A stretch of 64,000 nucleotides of DNA from the NCBI RefSeq assembly GCF_003334355.1, contig NZ_QOWP01000012.1. One strand, written 5' to 3'. This document shows positions 53,504 through 64,000 of the stretch, piece after piece. Origin of the DNA: Escherichia coli. Lineage in GTDB: Bacteria > Pseudomonadota > Gammaproteobacteria > Enterobacterales > Enterobacteriaceae. The notes under the pieces are model-generated. The model ran no database searches and had not been told where the DNA came from. It saw nothing but the letters and a program-made list of their open reading frames with translations. A program made the position numbers and the translations under genes. The number at the start of each line of letters is the position of its first letter. The stretch's first letter is position 1.

Positions 53504-54181
53504 CTACAACAAGGCAAGGTTTATGTACTTTCCGGTTGCCGCATTTTCTGGATTTTCTGCAAGCCAGGGGATCTCTCCCAGCAGCGGCGCGGGAATCATG
53601 CGGGTGAGCGTGGTCATATATTCAGCGTGACGTTTTCCCGGAGGCGTAACATCGTTCGCCACCCAACCCGCCAGAGTCAGTCCGGCGTGTTGTATTGCCT
53701 GCGCAGTCAACATCGCGTGATTAATACAGCCGAGTTTCACACCAACTACCAGTATCACCGGCAGTTGTTCCTGTGTTACCCAATCTGCAAAAGTGAAAGT
53801 GTCAGAAAGCGGCGTAAACCAGCCGCCAGCACCTTCCACTAACACCCAGTCAGCCTGTTGTTCAAGCGCGCGTAATCCGGCGCTCATTACCAATGATTCT
53901 ATCGGTCTGCCCTCTTGCGCGCTGATGATGTGCGGCGAAGTGGGTTCTGCGAAGGTGTAAGGATTTACTGTTGCGTAATCCAGCTGCAGGCTGCTGTTGC
54001 GCTGTAACGCCAGCGCGTCGCTATTGCGTAAACCTTCCGGGGTCTTTTCGCTGCCAGAGGCGACCGGTTTATAACCTGCCGTCCGGTAGCCTGCTGCCTT
54101 TGCGGCTTGTAAAAGTGCACAACTGGCGACAGTTTTCCCCACTTCGGTATCCGTTCCGGTGACAAAATAACGTTTACTCAC
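53504..54181 (-). CDS. bioD: Dethiobiotin synthetase
   Basis: GTG start gives 225 aa ([17 protein letters not shown]-loop); overlaps the bioC stop. Confidence 0.85.
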
Positions 54182-54929
54182 GAGCAATCACTCCCAAAAA
54201 AAGATGATACGTCAGAGGATATCGCCCCTGCTGTTGCGGCCAGGCCAGTTGCAATCGCTGCAACTGCGAACGCGTTAATATTCGCGGGTCGCGCCCTTCA
54301 TGAAGATGCGTGGCACCGATGCCTTTCAGCGAACGCATGGCACTGAGCGCATCATCAAACCACAGCGTGATGGGCTGAATATGATGTTGATAATGCACGC
54401 CGTTCAGCGACTGTTCGATTTCATCTGGCGGTAAAAAGCGATTAGCATGCGGACGCTCGTCCACCGCCTGCCACGCCTGATGCAGTTCGGGTAACGATCC
54501 CTGCACCAGCGTGGTAAACGCGACCACGCCTTTGGGGCGCACCACCCGATACAGCTCGCGGAGTGCCGTGGATAAATTACCGCACCACTGCACTGCGAGA
54601 TTGCTCCATGCAAGATCGAACGTCGCAGTCGCTAACGGCAGGGATTCGATATCTCCCGCCAGATAATGGTCTGCGGCATCCTTCTGGCGTGCCTGAACAA
54701 GCATTGGCGGCGAGAGATCTAAGGCCGTCACCTGCGCGTGACGTTCCCGCCAGTGGCGGCTCATCCAGCCAGGTCCACAACCCGCGTCCAGTACGTGGGT
54801 GTATTTACGCTGTGGAAGCATTGCCAGTAAGGCGTCAGCACTCTGGCGCTGTAGATCTGCATGTTGCTCATAGTGTGCGGCTGCCCGACCAAATGCCGCT
54901 GCAATGGCTTGTTTATTAACCGTTGCCAT
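54174..54929 (-). CDS. bioC: Malonyl-ACP O-methyltransferase
   Basis: Translation from [17 protein letters not shown] gives 251 aa with SAM-binding LDAGCGPG motif. Confidence 0.9.
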
Positions 54930-56070
54930 GCAGCACCTCCAGCAGACGGTCGATATCCTGCATTTCATGCGCAGCGGTTAGCGTTAAGCGCAGTCGCGCA
55001 GTACCAGCGGGTACGGTTGGCGGGCGAATCGCCGTGACCCAGCAGCCTTGCTGGCGCAGTTTTTCTGCCAGTTGTAACGCACGGCTGTTATCACCGACAA
55101 TCAATGGCTGGATGGCGCTGCATGAATCAGCATGCGTAAACGGCAAATCCTGTACTCCGGCACGAAAACGCGTAATGAGTGCCGCCAGTTTTTCGCGCCG
55201 TGCATCACCCTCATCACTGCGAATGACCGCCAGCGACGCACGTAATGCCTGCGCCTGAGCGGGCGGCATACTGGTGCTGTAGATAAGGTGGCGGGCGAAT
55301 TGCAGCAGATAATCCGCCACCGTACTGGAGCAAAGCACCGCTGCCCCGCTGACGCCAAATCCTTTGCCAAAAGTCACTACCAGCAATTCTGGTTTTACCT
55401 TTTGCAGCCAGCAGCTGCCGCGCCCCTGCTCCCCGATAACGCCCGTGCCGTGGGCATCATCGACCATCAACCAGCCATTGTGCTGTTGCGTTACCTGCTG
55501 GATTTCCGCCAGTGGCGCACTATCGCCGTCCATGCTGAACACGCCTTCTGTCACCACCATTTGCTGCCCCGGACAGGGGGAAGCAAGCAGTCGCGCCAGA
55601 TGAGTGACATCGTTATGAACAAAACGGCGAAGCTGCGACGGGCTTAAACTGGCAGCCTCCAGCAATGAGGCATGGCTAAGCCGGTCGGCAACAATACGGT
55701 CCTCTTTCGCCATCATCGCGGCAATGACCGCCTGATTAGCGGCAAAACCAGAGATAAACAGCAGTGCCCGCGAATAGCCCAGCCACTCGGCCAGTTCTTC
55801 TTCCAGCGCCTGATGTGCCACGCTATAACCGCTGACGTGACCGGAGCCGCCGCTACCGACGCCAAATTGCTCCGCACTCTGCTTCCAGGCACGGATAATT
55901 TGCGGATGATGGCTTAAACCTAAATAATCGTTACTGGAAAAGTTCAGATACTGGCGATCGTCCGCCACCAGCCAGCGTCCTGCTCCTTGCGCCACTGGAT
56001 AACGGCGACGCAGGGCATCGGCAGCACGCCGCGCATCGAGGGCCGCGTTGATTTTATCCTGCCAGCTCAT
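54916..56070 (-). CDS. bioF: 8-amino-7-oxononanoate synthase
   Basis: 384 aa PLP-dependent aminotransferase-fold ORF; overlaps the bioC start. Confidence 0.9.
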
Positions 56071-57107
56071 AGTGCTGCCGCGTTGTAATATTCGTCAGTG
56101 TCCGGGGTCATCAGTGCCTGTTCCAGACGCTGCTGTTGTTCGTTATCGCCCGCCAGCACGGCAGTTTGCTGCGGATTTAGCCCCAGTTTGCGGAACAGTT
56201 GCAGGTCTTTATCTTCTTCCGGATTCGGCGTGGTCAGCAGTTTGCAACCGTAGAAAATCGAGTTTGCGCCTGCCATAAAGCACATCGCCTGAGTCTGTTC
56301 GTTCATCTGCTCGCGTCCGGCAGAAAGGCGCACGTAAGAGGTTGGCATCATGATCCGCGCGACCGCAATGGTGCGAATAAAATCAAAGGCATCGACATCA
56401 TCGTTATCGGCAAGCGGCGTGCCTTTCACCTTCACCAGCATGTTGATTGGCACGCTTTCCGGCGGCGTCGGCAGGTTTGCCAGTTGCAGCAATAATCCGG
56501 CGCGATCTTTTACCGTTTCGCCTAAGCCCACAATGCCGCCAGAACAGACTTTGATCCCGGCATCGCGCACTTTTTCCAGCGTATCGAGGCGTTCCTGATA
56601 AGTGCGTGTGGTGATGATATTGCCGTAAAACTCCGGCGAGGTGTCCAGGTTGTGGTTGTAGTAATCCAGCCCGGCGTTCGCGAGGCGCTGCGCCTGAGAT
56701 TCACTCAACGTGCCCAGCGTCATACACGCCTCCAGCCCCATCGCTTTTACCCCCTGCACCATTTGTTCCAGGTACGGCATATCGCGTTCGTGGGGATTCT
56801 TCCACGCCGCGCCCATACAGAAGCGCGTCGATCCTGCCGCTTTCGCTTTGCGCGCCGACTCCAGCACCTGTTCAACTTCCATCAACCGCTCGGCTTCCAG
56901 CCCGGTTTTGTAGCGCGAGCTTTGCGGGCAGTATTTGCAATCTTCCGGACAAGCTCCGGTCTTAATCGACAGCAAAGTGCTGACCTGCACCTGACGAGGA
57001 TCGAAATGCTGTCGATGTACCTGCTGCGCTTCAAACAGCAGATCCAGCAACGGTTTTTCAAATAATTCTGTGACTTGCGACAATGTCCAGCGTGGGCGGT
57101 GAGCCAT
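56067..57107 (-). CDS. bioB: Biotin synthase (radical SAM)
   Basis: 346 aa ORF with CPEDCKYC radical-SAM motif. Confidence 0.9.
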   Translation of the reverse strand: MAHRPRWTLSQVTELFEKPLLDLLFEAQQVHRQHFDPRQVQVSTLLSIKTGACPEDCKYCPQSSRYKTGLEAERLMEVEQVLESARKAKAAGSTRFCMGAAWKNPHERDMPYLEQMVQGVKAMGLEACMTLGTLSESQAQRLANAGLDYYNHNLDTSPEFYGNIITTRTYQERLDTLEKVRDAGIKVCSGGIVGLGETVKDRAGLLLQLANLPTPPESVPINMLVKVKGTPLADNDDVDAFDFIRTIAVARIMMPTSYVRLSAGREQMNEQTQAMCFMAGANSIFYGCKLLTTPNPEEDKDLQLFRKLGLNPQQTAVLAGDNEQQQRLEQALMTPDTDEYYNAAAL

Positions 57108-57151
57108 GGGGCTTCTCCAAAACGTGTTTTTTGTTGTTAATTCGGTGTAGA

Positions 57152-57187
57152 CTTGTAAACCTAAATCTTTTCAATTTGGTTTACAAG
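57152..57187. promoter_or_regulatory. bio operator (BirA-binding palindrome) between divergent bioB and bioA
   Basis: TTGTAAACC...GGTTTACAA imperfect inverted repeat of about 36 bp centred between the bioB and bioA starts. Confidence 0.7.
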
Positions 57188-57193
57188 TCGATT

Positions 57194-58483
57194 ATGACAA
57201 CGGACGATCTTGCCTTTGACCAACGCCATATCTGGCACCCATACACATCCATGACCTCCCCTCTGCCGGTTTATCCGGTCGCGAGCGCCGAAGGTTGCGA
57301 GCTAATTTTGTCTGACGGCAGACGCCTGGTTGACGGTATGTCGTCCTGGTGGGCGGCGATCCACGGCTATAATCACCCGCAGCTTAATGCGGCGATGAAG
57401 TCGCAAATTGATGCTATGTCGCATGTGATGTTTGGCGGTATCACCCATGCGCCCGCCATCGAGCTATGCCGCAAACTGGTGGCAATGACGCCGCAACCGC
57501 TGGAATGCGTTTTTCTCGCGGACTCCGGCTCCGTAGCGGTGGAAGTGGCGATGAAAATGGCGTTGCAGTACTGGCAGGCCAAAGGCGAAGCGCGCCAGCG
57601 TTTTCTGACCTTCCGCAATGGTTATCATGGCGATACCTTTGGCGCGATGTCGGTGTGCGATCCGGACAACTCAATGCACAGCCTGTGGAAAGGCTATCTG
57701 CCAGAAAACTTGTTTGCTCCCGCCCCACAAAGCCGTATGGATGGCGAATGGGATGAGCGCGATATGGTGGGCTTTGCCCGCCTGATGGCGGCGCATCGTC
57801 ATGAAATCGCGGCGGTGATCATTGAGCCGATTGTCCAGGGCGCAGGCGGGATGCGCATGTACCATCCGGAATGGTTAAAACGAATCCGCAAAATATGCGA
57901 TCGCGAAGGTATCTTGCTGATTGCCGACGAGATCGCCACTGGATTTGGTCGTACCGGGAAACTGTTTGCCTGTGAACATGCAGAAATCGCGCCGGACATT
58001 TTGTGCCTCGGTAAAGCCTTAACCGGCGGCACAATGACCCTTTCCGCCACACTCACCACGCGCGAGGTTGCAGAAACCATCAGTAACGGTGAAGCCGGTT
58101 GCTTTATGCATGGGCCAACTTTTATGGGCAATCCGCTGGCCTGCGCGGCAGCAAACGCCAGCCTGGCGATTCTCGAATCTGGCGACTGGCAGCAACAGGT
58201 GGCGGATATTGAAGTACAGCTGCGCGAGCAACTTGCCCCCGCCCGTGATGCCGAAATGGTTGCCGATGTGCGCGTACTGGGGGCCATTGGCGTGGTCGAA
58301 ACCACTCATCCGGTGAATATGGCGGCGCTGCAAAAATTCTTTGTCGAACAGGGTGTCTGGATCCGGCCTTTTGGCAAACTGATTTACCTGATGCCGCCCT
58401 ATATTATTCTCCCGCAACAGTTGCAGCGTCTGACCGCAGCGGTTAACCGCGCGGTACAGGATGAAACATTTTTTTGCCAATAA
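57194..58483 (+). CDS. bioA: Adenosylmethionine-8-amino-7-oxononanoate aminotransferase
   Basis: Translation from [20 protein letters not shown] gives 429 aa; the ORF-track 37-aa extension covers the operator and is rejected. Confidence 0.9.
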   Translation: MTTDDLAFDQRHIWHPYTSMTSPLPVYPVASAEGCELILSDGRRLVDGMSSWWAAIHGYNHPQLNAAMKSQIDAMSHVMFGGITHAPAIELCRKLVAMTPQPLECVFLADSGSVAVEVAMKMALQYWQAKGEARQRFLTFRNGYHGDTFGAMSVCDPDNSMHSLWKGYLPENLFAPAPQSRMDGEWDERDMVGFARLMAAHRHEIAAVIIEPIVQGAGGMRMYHPEWLKRIRKICDREGILLIADEIATGFGRTGKLFACEHAEIAPDILCLGKALTGGTMTLSATLTTREVAETISNGEAGCFMHGPTFMGNPLACAAANASLAILESGDWQQQVADIEVQLREQLAPARDAEMVADVRVLGAIGVVETTHPVNMAALQKFFVEQGVWIRPFGKLIYLMPPYIILPQQLQRLTAAVNRAVQDETFFCQ

Positions 58484-58541
58484 CGAGAAGTCCGCGTGAG
58501 GGTTTCTGGCTACACTTTCTGCAAACAAGAAAGGAGGGTTC

Positions 58542-59018
58542 ATGAAACTCATCAGTAACGATCTGCGCAATGGCGATAAATTGCCGCATCGTCATGTCTT
58601 TAACGGCATGGGTTACGATGGCGATAATATTTCACCGCATCTGGCGTGGGATGATGTTCCTGCGGGAACGAAAAGTTTTGTTGTCACCTGCTACGACCCG
58701 GATGCGCCAACCGGCTCCGGCTGGTGGCACTGGGTAGTTGTTAACTTACCCGCTGATACCCGCGTATTACCGCAAGGGTTTGGCTCTGGTCTGGTAGCAA
58801 TGCCAGACGGCGTTTTGCAGACGCGTACCGACTTTGGTAAAACCGGGTACGATGGCGCAGCACCGCCGAAAGGCGAAACTCATCGCTACATTTTTACCGT
58901 TCACGCGCTGGATATAGAACGTATTGATGTCGATGAAGGTGCCAGCGGCGCGATGGTCGGGTTTAACGTTCATTTCCACTCTCTGGCAAGCGCCTCGATT
59001 ACTGCGATGTTTAGTTAA
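58542..59018 (+). CDS. ybhB: PEBP-family protein (kinase inhibitor homolog)
   Basis: 158 aa ORF recognised as YbhB. Confidence 0.85.
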   Translation: MKLISNDLRNGDKLPHRHVFNGMGYDGDNISPHLAWDDVPAGTKSFVVTCYDPDAPTGSGWWHWVVVNLPADTRVLPQGFGSGLVAMPDGVLQTRTDFGKTGYDGAAPPKGETHRYIFTVHALDIERIDVDEGASGAMVGFNVHFHSLASASITAMFS

Positions 59019-59105
59019 TCACTCTGCCAGATGGCGCAATGCCATCTGGTATCACTTAAAGGTATTAAAAACAACTTTTTGTCTTTTTACCTTCCCGTTT
59101 CGCTC

Positions 59106-59125
59106 AAGTTAGTATAAAAAAGCAG
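59106..59125. other. Phage lambda attachment site attB (core), unoccupied
   Basis: CAAGTTAGTATAAAAAAGCAG is the reverse complement of CTGCTTTTTTATACTAACTTG, containing the 15-bp lambda att core GCTTTTTTATACTAA, in the ybhB-ybhC intergenic region with no phage DNA adjacent. Confidence 0.7.
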
Positions 59126-59169
59126 GCTTCAACGGATTCATTTTTCTATTTCATAGCCCGGAGCAACCT

Positions 59170-60453
59170 GTGAACACATTTTCAGTTTCCCGTCTGGCGC
59201 TGGCATTGGCTTTTGGCGTGACGCTGACCGCCTGTAGCTCAACCCCGCCCGATCAACGTCCTTCTGATCAAACCGCGCCTGGTACCTCTTCTCGCCCGAT
59301 TCTGTCGGCAAAAGAAGCGCAGAATTTCGATGCTCAACACTATTTTGCATCCCTGACACCAGGTGCTGCAGCGTGGAATCCTTCCCCGATTACCCTGCCT
59401 GCGCAACCTGAATTTGTTGTCGGCCCGGCGGGCACTCAAGGTGTAACGCATACCACGATTCAGGCGGCGGTAGATGCGGCAATTATCAAGCGTACCAACA
59501 AGCGCCAATATATTGCCGTGATGCCTGGTGAGTATCAGGGAACGGTATATGTCCCTGCCGCTCCGGGTGGAATTACTCTGTACGGTACAGGTGAAAAACC
59601 GATTGATGTGAAGATTGGGCTTTCCCTTGATGGTGGCATGAGCCCTGCCGACTGGCGTCACGACGTCAACCCGCGCGGCAAATATATGCCAGGTAAACCA
59701 GCGTGGTATATGTACGATAGCTGCCAGAGCAAACGCAGCGACAGTATCGGTGTTCTCTGCTCTGCGGTCTTCTGGTCACAAAACAATGGCCTGCAACTGC
59801 AAAATCTGACCATCGAAAACACGCTGGGCGATATCGTAGATGCAGGTAACCATCCGGCGGTGGCACTGCGTACTGATGGTGACCAGGTACAGATTAACAA
59901 CGTTAACATTCTCGGTCGTCAGAACACCTTCTTTGTCACCAACAGCGGTGTGCAGAACCGTCTGGAAACGAATCGTCAGCCGCGTACGCTGGTGACCAAC
60001 AGCTACATTGAAGGGGATGTGGATATCGTTTCTGGTCGCGGCGCAGTGGTGTTCGATAACACCGAATTCCGCGTGGTGAACTCACGTACTCAGCAAGAAG
60101 CGTATGTGTTTGCACCGGCTACGCTGTCCAACATTTACTACGGTTTCCTCGCCGTAAACAGCCGTTTCAATGCTTTCGGTGATGGTGTGGCGCAACTGGG
60201 CCGCTCGCTGGATGTTGATGCCAATACCAACGGTCAGGTGGTGATCCGTGATAGCGCCATCAACGAAGGTTTTAACACGGCTAAACCGTGGGCCGATGCG
60301 GTGATCTCTAATCGTCCGTTTGCGGGTAATACCGGCAGCGTAGATGATAACGACGAAATACAGCGCAATCTGAATGACACTAACTACAACCGCATGTGGG
60401 AATACAATAACCGCGGCGTGGGTAGTAAAGTGGTTGCAGAGGCGAAGAAGTAA
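59170..60453 (+). CDS. ybhC: Outer membrane lipoprotein, pectinesterase-like
   Basis: 427 aa ORF with lipoprotein signal peptide and lipobox (LTAC). Confidence 0.85.
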   Translation: MNTFSVSRLALALAFGVTLTACSSTPPDQRPSDQTAPGTSSRPILSAKEAQNFDAQHYFASLTPGAAAWNPSPITLPAQPEFVVGPAGTQGVTHTTIQAAVDAAIIKRTNKRQYIAVMPGEYQGTVYVPAAPGGITLYGTGEKPIDVKIGLSLDGGMSPADWRHDVNPRGKYMPGKPAWYMYDSCQSKRSDSIGVLCSAVFWSQNNGLQLQNLTIENTLGDIVDAGNHPAVALRTDGDQVQINNVNILGRQNTFFVTNSGVQNRLETNRQPRTLVTNSYIEGDVDIVSGRGAVVFDNTEFRVVNSRTQQEAYVFAPATLSNIYYGFLAVNSRFNAFGDGVAQLGRSLDVDANTNGQVVIRDSAINEGFNTAKPWADAVISNRPFAGNTGSVDDNDEIQRNLNDTNYNRMWEYNNRGVGSKVVAEAKK

Positions 60454-60461
60454 GAGCAATT

Positions 60462-60686
<225 letters not shown>

Positions 60687-60690
<4 letters not shown>

Positions 60691-62948
60691 ATCTGACGGT
60701 TTTTATTGAAGTTAATCAAACTACCCGCCTTGATAATCTCGCGCTCTTCAGCAGTCAGACTTTCCATATAGAGCGTAATTTCCGTTACCGGCGCATCTTC
60801 ATGGATCACATAACCTTTAAACGTCGTACCCGGATTATCCAGCGCCGCTTTAATGCCAGGGATGTAAATGTAATCCCCCACTTCAAAGGTTGGCACTTCC
60901 GCCATCTGCAGCGGTAACATCCCCCAGTTGATGACGTTAGAACGGTAGCGTTTAGTCGCGTACTCTTCGGCAATATTCGCCAGACCGCCAATCACACGCT
61001 GGCAGCTCGCCGCCTGTTCACGCGCAGAACCATCGCCTGGTTTCACCGCATATACCATGCTGCCAATTTCAGTTTGCAGCGGATCAATATGCTCCTGACC
61101 AGCAATCTGCTTAATGCGCGCAAACACCTCTGTCAGCTCGCTGACATTCCCCGCCAGACGCTGATTTTCCAGCTCAGCAGTCGCTTTACTTCTGCCAACA
61201 TAACCGGGATCGCGGCGTGACAGGGTAAACTCCGCCGGACCAATCGGATTTGAACGATAAGAAGAGGTTTCACCGGAAGGAATCAGTTCGTCGGTGGTGG
61301 TCACTTCGTCGAGGATCTTCGAGCACACTTTCAGGACGATATTGTCAGTCAGCGCACCCAATTCCGGCCAGTCTTTAATGTTCGGTCCGTAAATCAGCGG
61401 TTGCTGAGTTGCCCCTTTCACAAAGCCCTGATAAACACGGTTTTTATACGGCGTTACATCGAAGGCGTACTCCGGCACGTTGTCCCAGCAATCAAGTTCG
61501 CTGGCAGAGGTTAAATAGCCACCGTTTGCCGCAGTCGCAGCGATAGAACGAGCGTCCATCAACGCCACCGCTGACATCTGCCCATTAGCTGGCTTAGAGC
61601 CTTCGCGGTTCGGGAAGTTGCGCGTGGTGTGGCGAATACTTAATCCGTTGTTGATTGGCGTATCGCCCGCGTCAAAGCATGGGCCGCAGAACGCGGTTCT
61701 GATGATTGCGCCTGCGCCAATCAAATCTGCTACCACACCTTTTTTGGCGAGATCCATAAACACCGGCTGTGATGACGGGTAAACTGCCAGCGAGAAGGTG
61801 TCATTGCCACAGGATTGACCGCGCAGTGCATTCGCCGCCGCGATGACGTTTTCGTAGTTACCGCCAGAACAGCCCGCGATAATCCCCTGCTGCACTTTCA
61901 GGCGACCATTTTCCACTTTATCCAGCAGCGAGAGTTTGGCTTTACCGTGCGCCACGCGTTCGGACTCAATTTCAATCTCACGCAGAATGTCGGTCAGGTT
62001 CTGGTTCAGTGTGTCGATTTCATACACGTTGCTCGGGTGGAACGGCAGCGCAATCATTGGTTTGATGGCGCTTAAATCAACGCTGATGCAGCCATCGTAG
62101 TACGCCATCGGTTGAGGGTTAAGCTGGCAGTAATCCTGGCCGCGACCGTGCAGCGCCAGCCAGTTATGGACTTCTTCATCGGTTTGCCAGACAGAACTTA
62201 AACAGGTCGTTTCAGTGGTCATAACGTCAACGCTGTTACGGAAATCGGTAGAGAGCGCAGCAACACCGGGACCTACGAATTCCATCACTTTGTTTTTGAC
62301 GTAGCCGTTTTTGAACACGGCACCGATGATAGCCAGCGCCACATCCTGCGGCCCCACATACGGCGCTGGTTTTCCGGTCAGATGCACCGCAACAACTCCC
62401 GGATAGTCGATATCCCAGGTGTCATTAAGCAGCTGTTTTACCAACTCACCGCCGCCCTCACCGACTGCCATTGTCCCTAATGCACCGTAACGGGTGTGGC
62501 TGTCTGACCCGAGGATCATTTTGCCGCCGCCTGCCATCATCTCACGCATATATTGATGGATGACCGCAATATGCGGAGGCACAAAAATACCGCCATAACG
62601 CTGAGCTGCCGATAAACCAAAAACATGGTCATCACCGTTAATGGTGCCGCCGACGGCGCAGAGTGAGTTATGGCAGTTGGTCAGCACATACGGCAGCGGG
62701 AAACGTTCCATTCCGGACGCTTTAGCGGTCTGTACAATACCAACAAAGGTAATATCGTGAGAGGCTAATGAATCAAACTTAATTTTAAGTTTATCCATAT
62801 TTCCGGACGTATTATGAGAAGAGAGAATAGACCAGGCAATAGTGCCTTTTTTGGCTTCTTCTTTTTTAATTTCGCCGGTGAAATGTTCTTCGGCAATTAT
62901 TTCGTTATTACTGGCGAGAAACACGCCTTTTTCAGATAACTTGATCAT
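60687..62948 (-). CDS. ybhJ: Aconitase-family protein
   Basis: Translation from [11 protein letters not shown] gives 753 aa with aconitase-like Cys-containing regions. Confidence 0.8.
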
Positions 62949-63002
62949 CAAATGCTCCAGATATCTGCGCACCGTGAAGTGCGCAGAAAGATAATAAATG
63001 GA

Positions 63003-63136
63003 TATACTCTAAATAATTCGAGTTGCAGGAAGGCGACAAGTGAGTGAATCCCCAGGAGCTTACATAAGTAAGTGACTGGGGTGAGCGAACGCAAACGCAG
63101 CACATGCAACTTGAAGTATGACGAGTATATTTACAG
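63003..63136. repeat. ERIC (enterobacterial repetitive intergenic consensus / IRU) element
   Basis: GTGAATCCCCAGGAGCTTACATAAGTAAGTGACTGGGGTGAGCG core matches the ERIC consensus as I recall it; lies between ybhJ and ybhI. Confidence 0.8.
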
Positions 63137-63842
63137 CATGTTCCAGCCGATCAGCATATTCCACCACCACACGCCGAGGGTGATATGCACCAGGAAGGTT
63201 AATATCGTCAGTACCGCACCGACCAACCACCAGGATTTAATATCGTTATAACCCACGCCAAAGATGACCGGACCTGCCGCGCCGCCATAGTGAGTAACCA
63301 TGCCGCCATAGGAGTTGGAGAACAACAGTGCCAGCGCGGTTAACATTAACGGTGCGCCGGAGACGTTCGCCAGCATGGCAAATACCGGTAACATAGCAAC
63401 GATATAGGCACTACCGGAAGCGAAGAAATAACGCACGATAATGCTGAGGAAAATAATAACGAAGAAAGCAACGTTACCGTGACCATCAAATGCCAGGTTA
63501 TTTTTAAAGACTTCAGCTAACCATTCGAAGAATTTAACTTTCGATAATAAGGAGCTTAAGCCGATAATACCGCCGTACCAGATTAAGGTATTCCAGCCGC
63601 CTTTATTTTTAACCACGTCTTCCCAGGTAACGATACCCAGCAGCAGCATGGTTGCCATAACAACGATTGCCACGGTGGATTCATCAACCCCCAGAGACTT
63701 ACTGAAAATCCAGCCCAGCAGCGCCAGCACAAAGACACCGAGCAGCATTTTTTCGCGGATTTTCATCGGTCCTAGTTCGGCAAGGCCCGCTTTAGCGATG
63801 GTTTTGTTATCCACCTTCTTAATTTCTGGTGGATACATGGTG
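63131..63842 (-). pseudogene. ybhI: 3' fragment (about 236 codons) of DASS-family anion transporter gene ybhI, interrupted by an insertion sequence
   Basis: Translation is the C-terminal half of a DASS (CitT-like) transporter; expected full length about 477 aa; upstream of 63842 the sequence switches to IS10-type DNA. Confidence 0.75.
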
Positions 63843-64000
63843 CTGAGAGATCCCCTCATAATTTCCCCAAAACGTAACCATGTGTGAATAGATTTTGAGT
63901 AAGCAGGGTTGCAGCCACGAGTGAGTCTTCCCTTGTTATTGTGTAGCCAGAATGCCGCAAAACTTCCATGCCTAAGCGAACTGTTGAGAGTACGTTTCGA
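63843..64000 (-). mobile_element. IS10-family (IS4 superfamily) insertion sequence, inside end and 3' part; continues beyond the window
   Basis: Terminus CTGAGAGATCCCCTCATAATTTCCCC matches the IS10 inside end as I recall it; adjacent minus-strand frame encodes the IS10-type transposase C-terminus. Confidence 0.8.
63856..64000 (-). CDS. IS10-type transposase, C-terminal 47 codons (5' part outside the window)
   Basis: Minus-strand translation RNVLSTVRLGMEVLRHSGYTITREDSLVAATLLTQNLFTHGYVLGKL-stop, near-identical to the IS10 transposase C-terminus as I recall it. Confidence 0.75.
   Translation of the reverse strand, partial: RNVLSTVRLGMEVLRHSGYTITREDSLVAATLLTQNLFTHGYVLGKL

Noticed and set aside
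59019-59169. Possible lambda-type prophage at the gal-bio attachment site
   Set aside because: The att core is intact and flanked directly by ybhB and ybhC; there is no phage DNA.
63648-63887. 79-aa plus-strand ORF crossing the ybhI/IS10 junction
   Set aside because: Antisense to the ybhI fragment and runs into the IS end; a junction artefact.

Overview
This window reads as a contiguous stretch of Escherichia coli K-12-type core chromosome, inverted relative to the standard map, running from the 3' part of moeA through moeB, fsaA, ybiY-ybiW-ybiV-ybiU, ybiT, ldtB, ybiR-mntR, mntS, opgE, ompX, rhtA, dps, glnHPQ, ybiO, rlmF, mcbA, fiu-ybiX-ybiI, ybiJ, ybiC, ybiB, dinG, ybiA, rhlE, cecR-ybhGFSR, ybhQ, ybhP-clsB-ybhN, ybhM, ybhL, moaABCDE, ybhK, uvrB, bioA/bioBFCD, ybhB, ybhC and ybhJ to ybhI. 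Gene calls are based on my recognition of the translated ORFs and on expected protein lengths recalled from memory; no database search or alignment was run. Almost every gene has the length I expect, so I do not see a novel or undescribed multi-gene system here. The window is gene-dense with short intergenic regions carrying REP/BIME repeats, one ERIC element, terminators and known operator sites. Two things depart from the reference-like picture: (1) the right edge (about 63843 to 64000) carries the inside end and transposase C-terminus of an IS10-family insertion sequence that interrupts ybhI in mid-gene; (2) ybiI has an in-frame TAA after codon 66, followed by 21 further in-frame codons that would restore the expected 88-codon frame. 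The lambda attachment site between ybhC and ybhB appears unoccupied. All coordinates for short sites were counted by hand and may be off by a few bases.
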